32,372 nucleotides of DNA from a virus (Duplodnaviria > Caudoviricetes), in IMG/VR virus record IMGVR_UViG_3300032373_001165, positions 1-32,372 of that record; one strand, written 5' to 3'. The position numbers were made by a program, and so were the translations under genes. Each line of letters begins with the position of its first letter. The stretch's first letter is position 1. Under the pieces are notes generated by a model, which saw only the letters and a program-made list of their open reading frames with translations, made no database searches and had not been told where the DNA came from. This document shows, one piece after another, positions 26,301 through 32,372 of this stretch.

Positions 26301-27665
26301 GGAGGCCCGACCGACGATGTAAATGCAGCCGGGCAAGCGGTGGCTGTGGCCTTAAACCAAATTGCGGCTGCTTTGGGTTTGGCGCCGGGGGATTTGCGAA
26401 ACGGCGCGTACACCACGATTGGTTTATCCTCTGGCCGCTCGGATGCTTTGGGCGAAGGCTTTTTTGCCGGTGCCGATGGCGGCTTTGCCACCGGTGCAAC
26501 TTTTACCGGACTTGAAACGCCGGAGGATGCGATATTTCGTTCCGTGCAATTTGCTGTCCAACAAATGATCCAGCAAGCATTTTCCGGCCCGATTGAAGAT
26601 GCGGCTTTGGCTTTACTGGCTGCCGCTAATTCGGTTTCTGATCTTGACAAGGCAATTGCCGATGTGGTCACCGCGCGCGATTTAGAGCGGCAATTAGAAT
26701 TAGTTTTATTGGGTTTCCAAAATCCAGAAGAGCAGGCAAAACAGCAACTATTAGATCAGCAAAAATTACGCCGTGATGAAGTGGATCGGTTGGCAGCTTT
26801 AGGACTGGTTAGTGATGGAGTTTATGCCAGCCTTTCACAGATTGAGGCGTTGGAGCTGGAACAAGTTTTAAGGCGCTTTGGTGATTCCGTAGAAAGCGCA
26901 GGTTTCCGCGCGCGATCAGGAATTTCGAACTGGCTAGCAGCGCAAGCGGTAAATGATAATACTCCGTTGGGTATTTTTGAGCGATTGGGCAATGCCAAAA
27001 GCCAATATCAAGAATTGTTATCTTTGGCCCAAGGCGGTGATGCCGATGCTTTATCGCAAATCACTCGTGCTGCCGATACACTATTGGCATTAGATAGAGA
27101 AGCCACTAGTTCGGCAATTGATCGGCTTAGTTTGTTTTCGCAAGTTAGAGCCGATCTGGAAGCGTTAGCGCTTGATGATGGTGATCCGGTAGTAAATGCA
27201 ATTGGGCAGCAAACCATCGAATTGGTTGATGCCATTGGTGGGGTGCAAGATCCAAATCTTGAAATACGCAACCGAGAACCAAACCCCGATCTTCCACCAG
27301 GTCTTGGTGGGATAATTTATCCAGGCGGAACCGGAAATAATGGTGACGGCCTACCGGAAATAGACGTTATTGATGCGCCAGAAATTGGCTTTCGGCCGCC
27401 GCCGCCATTTGACCCACTTCCCTTTGAAATCGGAACTAACCGAGCTGGTTATATTGAGATACGCGATCAAGGCCAAAACTCTCTAATTGATGAATTAAAT
27501 CGTTTGTTTGAGCAATTGCGCCGGGGAAGTGAACAAAATACGGCTTCCCTTTCGAGGGCGCTAGAGCAACAAGCCCGCGCTACCCGCGAGAGTGCTAATC
27601 AACAGCGACGAACCGACAATCAGTTGTCGCGGATCTCGGCGCGACTTCGTGGAGCGGTAACATGA
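23301..27665 (+). CDS. tail tape measure protein
   Basis: EQMISKGTVTAEELKRQMGDRLPGA tape-measure domain; Ala-rich helical and Gly-rich hydrophobic segments; 1454 aa. Confidence 0.95.
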   Translation: MSLKTHVRITGDGKSLEGATKLSEAGLKRVRGAAKGAADGLDRTSAAGKRYENRAGSMARKSRLLAAGLSSVVTALGARQLIQADLQLGAIEASMQGVAGSANAAQKELTFIRAESERLGVVMPEVAQGFIRISAAAKGTELEGAGVRDIWLSLVEAGVVLQRTNADVAGTLFAVEQMISKGTVTAEELKRQMGDRLPGAFQLAADAMSVSTQELTKMMEAGEIITTDFLPKFAAAVRERYGEGLTAAMALPRAEINRLKNDLFEFAAETSRAGLTDGLVEAIASLRTALSDPELRASVADLSELMGNGFALAGASAAFLASNTDELVFVVRTLLALNVLRWATVGDKSLLAQARSARTAAAGMTAMGIATRGASGAMTLLGGPIGLAVIGLSALAFAVTKHNAAMKASIGISRQEKELLSELNELREESVNITKENVDELERENRALAAKKVNLTLLQSATAEAVQAQITAAEALQGFQLNRKSGSVPRWILLSTEQMNILGLATKDARQTTDGFEVSFKQAQKAVDKLRASVDAYPEELEKVQARLDEIAAARKKWADEEAKAEAARTSAAKNALTDLRDQLNLEIQLAGMSKQQADTERLAQQIFEKAQKAKSDLTLEQARIEAASFVQRRDQAVAVQEWTQIEIDLQTRLRNAGMNPDDVSRLAEAQELLNVARAAGQDITLAEIVAKLELIDEEERLKEARAEYDQYLAFLSEETELAKLSAEARAEELIYLELKRLALLANKDLTEDELRLIAKTVVASRKADAQVQRSVQQSRRVMERTLRGFSTAVWDLFTGRAGDALDQVGRMIDRAVALWLQKMILEPLIRPILEPIFGLGGGGVPGAAGAVGLLGAGGGNVGLFGGLGLLLGGIEAAALQVGGSVATLLGRVGVGTTLSTQIGAGLGLGIAGAPWAFGGTLAGQVLGLNGYQNGTVQAGANFIGGGLGFLAGGPLGAIIGGVISQALGTLFADRDYPYARADVNYLNGQFIVGGTESLDGGPTDDVNAAGQAVAVALNQIAAALGLAPGDLRNGAYTTIGLSSGRSDALGEGFFAGADGGFATGATFTGLETPEDAIFRSVQFAVQQMIQQAFSGPIEDAALALLAAANSVSDLDKAIADVVTARDLERQLELVLLGFQNPEEQAKQQLLDQQKLRRDEVDRLAALGLVSDGVYASLSQIEALELEQVLRRFGDSVESAGFRARSGISNWLAAQAVNDNTPLGIFERLGNAKSQYQELLSLAQGGDADALSQITRAADTLLALDREATSSAIDRLSLFSQVRADLEALALDDGDPVVNAIGQQTIELVDAIGGVQDPNLEIRNREPNPDLPPGLGGIIYPGGTGNNGDGLPEIDVIDAPEIGFRPPPPFDPLPFEIGTNRAGYIEIRDQGQNSLIDELNRLFEQLRRGSEQNTASLSRALEQQARATRESANQQRRTDNQLSRISARLRGAVT

Positions 27666-29218
27666 GCGCGGTAATTTTGCTCGAAGTAAATCTGGTAGAC
27701 AAAAATGGCGCGGCTTCGGTATTACGGCTTTGCGACCGCCCGATCCGTCCGTTTGCCCCTAACGATACTGAACGCCCCAATGCACAATTTGACGACCGGC
27801 TGCTAGAGCCGCCAAGCATTCGAAGATCGCTATTTGCCGATCTGTCGACATTGTCCGCCGATGCTGGATTTGGTGATTTTAGTGCCAGTAATGCCGATGG
27901 TGGTTTGGATTATTTGCAAAGTAGCGCATTTGGCAAAATAACGGTTTGGCGTTGGACTGCAGGTGCGTTTTCCACGGCGCAGCAAATTTTAATTGGGCAA
28001 GCGGCCGCACCGGTTTGGCAGATCGACGCCGATGGCAAACAGGCTTTGCTGGTGCCGTTAACCGACCTTCGAGGGGCGTTTGATCGGCCTCTGCAGGATA
28101 ATCTTTACGCCGGAACCAATGCCAATGCCGCCGACATCGAGGGCAAAGAGGGCGGTATTAAAGGCAGACCAAAACCTTTGGCATTTGGGGATCTATCCAA
28201 AGCTCATATTCCGGGCGTTCTGGTCAACGATACCGGCTACATTTGGCAGCTTCATGATGGCCAAATCAATGGCTCGGAGGCCGTGTCTGAACGCGGTGAT
28301 CTAGCGTCTGGTCTGATTGATGATGGTGATCTGTCCAGTTCCGTTTTTGATAGCACCACGCCGGTGGCGGCGCACTATCAAATGGATTTGGCGCGCGGAC
28401 TTTTCAAACATGGCGGTGCGCCTGGGCCTAGCCTTGGTTTTGATTTTCTTGGTGATGCCGCTAGTTCTTATTCTGACAAATTGGCTGGGATCGCCAAAAA
28501 GATTTTGCAAAAAGCCGGAGTTTCGGCGGGTGATATTAGCGCAGACTTTGCAACGGCCGAAGCAGCAGCAACGGCTAAAGCTGGGTTGTGGATTAGTGAT
28601 GCTGTTTCGGTAATCGCCGCATTGGATTTTGTGGCACGCGGCGACCTTGCGGCTGTGCTGCCAGATCGCGCCGGAGTTTGGCGTTGGGTTGAATTAAAAG
28701 CGGCAGGCGGGGCCGGTCATACCATCGACTTTGATGAGATCATTTCATTAGAAGCCGATGATGACGAAATGCAAATCCCGGTTTGGGACGTCGAAGTTCT
28801 ATATGCCCGAAATTATCAGGTTTTAACCGGCGACAATGTGGCTCCGACGATCCGCGCCACAACACGCGAAGAATTCATTTCAAAGGACTGGCGCTTGGCT
28901 AGAAAATTTGTCCAAACCACCAAAGACCGCTGGCCCGGAGCTAGATCACTTCGCATTGAAAGCGCACTGATTGATGAGGCGGATGCATTGGCACTGGCAG
29001 CCCGGCTTCTTGCATTGTTTGGCCCGCGCAGCGATGGAACACCCAAACAAGTTCTGCGCGTCGTTCGAGAGCAAAGCAGCGCAGCATTAACCGTGGATCT
29101 TGGCCAATCGGTGCGGGTAAAATTCCCACCAGCTAGCATTGATCGGGATTTCACTCTGATTGAAGAAGAAGTTTTGCGGCCCGATGCCAGCAAACTAACT
29201 TGGAGATTGTTCGGATGA
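27662..29218 (+). CDS. tail tip / hub structural protein
   Basis: Coupled to tape measure; KGRPKPLAFG motif typical of tail-tip proteins. Confidence 0.75.
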   Translation: MSAVILLEVNLVDKNGAASVLRLCDRPIRPFAPNDTERPNAQFDDRLLEPPSIRRSLFADLSTLSADAGFGDFSASNADGGLDYLQSSAFGKITVWRWTAGAFSTAQQILIGQAAAPVWQIDADGKQALLVPLTDLRGAFDRPLQDNLYAGTNANAADIEGKEGGIKGRPKPLAFGDLSKAHIPGVLVNDTGYIWQLHDGQINGSEAVSERGDLASGLIDDGDLSSSVFDSTTPVAAHYQMDLARGLFKHGGAPGPSLGFDFLGDAASSYSDKLAGIAKKILQKAGVSAGDISADFATAEAAATAKAGLWISDAVSVIAALDFVARGDLAAVLPDRAGVWRWVELKAAGGAGHTIDFDEIISLEADDDEMQIPVWDVEVLYARNYQVLTGDNVAPTIRATTREEFISKDWRLARKFVQTTKDRWPGARSLRIESALIDEADALALAARLLALFGPRSDGTPKQVLRVVREQSSAALTVDLGQSVRVKFPPASIDRDFTLIEEEVLRPDASKLTWRLFG

Positions 29219-30075
29219 AGGGAAAATTGGCCAATATCAATTTAGCTGAAGGAGCTGGTTTTAGCAACGGCACTTGGGCGGCGGCTTTGCCACTGTCCAA
29301 TTTGACCGATTTGCGAATGTGGGGCGCACCGGCGCGATGCGAGGATCCAACGGATTTGGCTAAGTCAAAGCTGGATGTGACGCTTACCCGCTCGGCAGCG
29401 GTATCGATGGTGGCAATTTTGTACCATAATTTATCAATCAATGCCAAGGTGAGAATCACGTTGGCCGGATCGGCTGGTTTTGCTTCACCGGCAAATTCCC
29501 CGGTTTGGGAAAGTATCTGGCCACGGATGTTTCCGTCAACATCATTGCCGTGGCGCACATCGAGCTGGTGGACGGGACGGCCAGATTTATCTGACATTGA
29601 TCTGTATCCACGGCATTTATGGCTGCCGTTTGATGATGCTTTGCTGGCTAATCAAATCCGCATTGAGATCGACGACACCGGCAATCCAGATGGGTTTATT
29701 GATTTGGGATTTTTGTTTGTCGCCGAAACTTTTAGTCCGCAGTGGAATTTTGATTTTGGCCGTTCTTTGAGCCTTTCCAATCGTGACCTAATTGATGAAA
29801 CCCCTAGTGGTCGCAGGATCATTAATCAGCGTGCGGCGCGCCGTGTTCATTCTTTGGATTATTCCAACCTGTCCAATGCCGAAGTGATGCGAATCTTTGA
29901 CATGGGCAAGCACAATGGATCGGCCAAGCCGATACTGTTTATTCCCGATCAGGACGATCGCCCCAACCTGTATCGAGAGGCATTTCCAGCCAGCTTGATT
30001 GATCTGCCCGGCGCCGGCTTTGGCTTGGCTACTTTAAACGCAACGACACTAAAATTAGAGGAGATACTCGCATGA
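29215..30075 (+). CDS. tail tip structural protein
   Basis: ATGA coupling; HNLSINAKVRI, RIEIDDTGNPDGFIDLG. Confidence 0.75.
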   Translation: MKGKLANINLAEGAGFSNGTWAAALPLSNLTDLRMWGAPARCEDPTDLAKSKLDVTLTRSAAVSMVAILYHNLSINAKVRITLAGSAGFASPANSPVWESIWPRMFPSTSLPWRTSSWWTGRPDLSDIDLYPRHLWLPFDDALLANQIRIEIDDTGNPDGFIDLGFLFVAETFSPQWNFDFGRSLSLSNRDLIDETPSGRRIINQRAARRVHSLDYSNLSNAEVMRIFDMGKHNGSAKPILFIPDQDDRPNLYREAFPASLIDLPGAGFGLATLNATTLKLEEILA

Positions 30076-31010
30076 GCGGTTTTGATGCAGCAGTGGCTAA
30101 GTTTTTGGCCAGCTATTATAATTCTAATCCGGTTTCCGCCGGTAATCCCGGCGGCCTTGATGCCGACGGCCATGTGGATAATTTTCCGGCTGCATTAAAA
30201 GACCTCGGAGAAGTAGCGCAGAAATATAGCGCCGATAGTGCTATTATTCAGGCCTTTGGGTCGGTGGCGGTTGGAGCTGGTGCATTTCGCAACTTATTGA
30301 TCAATGGCAGTTTTGACATTTGGCAGCGCGGAACCAGTTTTGTCCTCCTAGCTGCTGGTGATTTCGGCGCAGATCGCTGGCGCACATTATCAGACGGTGG
30401 TCGTACCCATAGTATGAGTCGCCAGGCGTTTGACACTGGTCAAACAGCAGTTCCGGGAGGGCCAAAATACTGGTTGCGGTACAAGCCTACAGGCGCCGGA
30501 ACTAGTGGTAATTCAATTATTGAAACAACGCTTGAGGGTTTAAGTCGCCTTTCTGGCCAAACCGTGACGCTTAGCTTTTATGCGAAATCACCAACCGGTT
30601 CCACTGTGACCGCGCAGGTAGATCAACTTTTTGGAACCGGTGGATCTTCTGTTATAAGTGTTGGTGGGCAAACCAATGTTCTGTCAAATAACTGGATTAA
30701 ATATAGTTTTATTTTAAATTTCCCAGACTTAACCGGCAAAATAGTAGGCGCTGGTGACTATATATCCGTTGTGTTTTACACTCCAGCCGGGCCGGTAGAT
30801 CCAGTAATCGACCTTGCCAACGTCCAGCTAGAAGTTGGATCTGTCGCCACTGCATTTGAACAACGACCGCTGGCAGTGGAATTGGCGCTTTGCCGCCGCT
30901 ATTTCCAGATTAAAGAAGCCACTGGACAGGCTACTGATCTGGCACATCAAATGCGAGCGACTCCAACCGAAACCGGTGCTGGCCCTTACAATTATGATGC
31001 GGAGATTTGA
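30072..31010 (+). CDS. tail fibre / receptor-binding protein with carbohydrate-binding-like domain
   Basis: FRNLLINGSFDIWQRG..ADRW, TVTLSFYAK, VQLEVGSVATAFEQRP...ELALCRRYF. Confidence 0.8.
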   Translation: MSGFDAAVAKFLASYYNSNPVSAGNPGGLDADGHVDNFPAALKDLGEVAQKYSADSAIIQAFGSVAVGAGAFRNLLINGSFDIWQRGTSFVLLAAGDFGADRWRTLSDGGRTHSMSRQAFDTGQTAVPGGPKYWLRYKPTGAGTSGNSIIETTLEGLSRLSGQTVTLSFYAKSPTGSTVTAQVDQLFGTGGSSVISVGGQTNVLSNNWIKYSFILNFPDLTGKIVGAGDYISVVFYTPAGPVDPVIDLANVQLEVGSVATAFEQRPLAVELALCRRYFQIKEATGQATDLAHQMRATPTETGAGPYNYDAEI

Positions 31011-31597
31011 CGATGCAAAAGACAGCAAATTGGGCGGATGAAGCCAAAAGTAAAATTCGGGTTGAAGAAAATGGTATGGTTCGTATTGTGCCAAAAGATT
31101 TGAACAATCGCGATTATCGATTACTGATTGAAGGCGGATTTGATGAACTTGGAGAGGTAATTGCACCCCTACCGATTGCGGATTTTGACCCTTATCTTGG
31201 TTTTGATTTACCAGCGGCCAAAACATATGCCAGACAACAAATTGTTGCTGCGGCATTAGCCTTTCGAAAGGCGGTTATTGGTGATGCCGACGAGATCGAA
31301 GTCGCGGGCTGGAGCTTAAAAGCCGCCACCGCCGATCGCTTTGCCGCCGGTGCTGCCTCGACCCAAGATATTGCCAGAGCTACCGCCGAAGCGGCCGCAC
31401 GGGGCTTGGGCGAAACGGCTGATGAATTGATGACTGTTTGGGCCGCAAAATCGCAAAGTTTTGGACTGGTCGAAGCGGCATTAACCGGAGCCAAAGCAGC
31501 AGCATTAAGAGCCGTGGATGCTGCCATTGATATTGCGAGTGCCAAAGCCGCGACAACTGCATTCATGGTCGTTCTGGCCAGCTTGCAGGTTATTTAA
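31007..31597 (+). CDS. tail-fibre-associated protein (possible assembly chaperone)
   Basis: VPKDLNNRDY motif, Ala-rich helical C-terminus (EAAARG.T.DEL); follows fibre gene; start TTG 31007 or ATG 31013. Confidence 0.68.
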   Translation: MTMQKTANWADEAKSKIRVEENGMVRIVPKDLNNRDYRLLIEGGFDELGEVIAPLPIADFDPYLGFDLPAAKTYARQQIVAAALAFRKAVIGDADEIEVAGWSLKAATADRFAAGAASTQDIARATAEAAARGLGETADELMTVWAAKSQSFGLVEAALTGAKAAALRAVDAAIDIASAKAATTAFMVVLASLQVI

Positions 31598-31602
31598 AGC
31601 GC

Positions 31603-31995
31603 ATGAGCAGTTTTACCACGCCGTTGGATTATGAAAAGCGGATATTTCCCGGTTATCGATTAACCCGTGCGTTTCAATATCATTTGTCAGCGCCCGGCTC
31701 GATGCTGGTGGTTGATGTGCCAAAGGGTTTTGTTACCGATTTGGCATCAGTACCTTGGGCGCTGCGCTGGTTGTTTCCACCAGATGGTCTTTGGGCAAAA
31801 GCGGCCGTGGTGCATGATTGGGGTTATGCCGATGGTGATTTGAGCTTACCAGATGGCAGCAAAATAAAGCCATCAAGGTTTTGGTGGGACGTGATCTTTC
31901 TTGAAGCAATGAGCGTATTAAAAGTGCCACGCTTAACCCGCTGGGCGTTCTTTGTCGCAGTGCGCGCCTTTGGCGGCACTGGTTGGAAAAAGTGA
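31603..31995 (+). CDS. DUF1353 family protein
   Basis: VPKGFVTDLASVP, AAVVHDWGY, D.IFLEAM, AVRAFG. Confidence 0.92.
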   Translation: MSSFTTPLDYEKRIFPGYRLTRAFQYHLSAPGSMLVVDVPKGFVTDLASVPWALRWLFPPDGLWAKAAVVHDWGYADGDLSLPDGSKIKPSRFWWDVIFLEAMSVLKVPRLTRWAFFVAVRAFGGTGWKK

Positions 31996-32372
31996 AACCA
32001 ATTATGAAGCCAATCGCTCAAAATGCCAAAGATTATGCCCGCTTGGTTAACACCAATCCTAAAACCTTGACCGATCTGGAGCGCGCAGCGCGGTTTTTGT
32101 ATCTGCAACGCACCGCCTTTGGTGGCAAAGTATCCGGTAAAAACTTCGGGGTAAGCGTTGGCCTGCCGAGCCGGTTTGATCTAACCAAGCTGGTTCCAAT
32201 GCTTGAGGACGTGCATGAACGATTGAGCAATTGGATTTTGAAGCATTCTTGCATCGCTATGATCGGCCAGATACGTTGTTCTATCTTGATCCGCCATATT
32301 GGGGTTGCGAAGATGATTACGGCAAAGAGATGTTCTGCCGCGATGACTTCACCCGTCTGGAAAGGGCTTTGA
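31983..32372 (+). pseudogene. dam: Dam/D12-class DNA adenine methyltransferase, internally deleted and frameshifted; runs off the window
   Basis: LTDLERAARFLYLQRTAFGGKV in frame 31983, but RYDRPDTLFYLDPPYWG lies in another frame from ~32222; no N-terminal GGK / EPFxG motifs. Confidence 0.85.

Larger units (their letters stand above)
1..32372 (+). mobile_element. Mu-like transposable prophage (internal portion; ends and repressor outside window), siphovirus-type tail
   Basis: Contiguous ner-A-B-gam-gemA-mor early region, Mu gp27-gp30-like packaging genes, I protease, tail tube without a sheath gene, terminal methylase. Confidence 0.97.

Noticed and set aside
30072-31597. Invertible tail-fibre segment or diversity-generating retroelement
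   Set aside because: No invertase, reverse transcriptase, inverted fibre copy or template repeat seen in the window.
1-32372. Mu-type ends (TG...CA, transposase binding sites) and repressor gene
   Set aside because: The window starts at ner and ends inside the methylase, so these are not visible; prophage completeness cannot be judged.

Overview
The window is the interior of a Mu-like (transposable) prophage with a non-contractile, siphovirus-type tail module, most likely from an alphaproteobacterial host (inferred from gene content and order). Order on the + strand: ner, ParB-like, MuA transposase, MuB ATPase, gam, a DnaA-domain-IV-like HTH protein, gemA, a ~1.6 kb inserted cassette (one reverse-strand orphan gene, a C4-type antisense RNA module, a BRO-N antirepressor), mor/C activator, lysis genes, Mu gp25-gp30-like packaging genes, protease/scaffold, capsid, neck, tail tube, frameshifting tail chaperone, tape measure, tail tip and fibre genes, DUF1353, and a broken Dam-type methyltransferase. 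The repressor and both Mu ends lie outside the window. The gene list leaves several non-coding signals unexplained: (1) a 36-bp hairpin-forming repeat in three separate same-strand arrays (10 units, compensatory stem changes, one array in-frame inside the endolysin); (2) a ~70-nt three-way-junction element with complementary loops right after a MuF gene carrying a putative RNase-like C-terminal domain; (3) a 530-codon open frame running across the whole inserted cassette from the gemA stop to the mor start; (4) two identical 20-bp dyad sites marking probable late promoters. All family assignments come from motif recognition by eye, not database searches.
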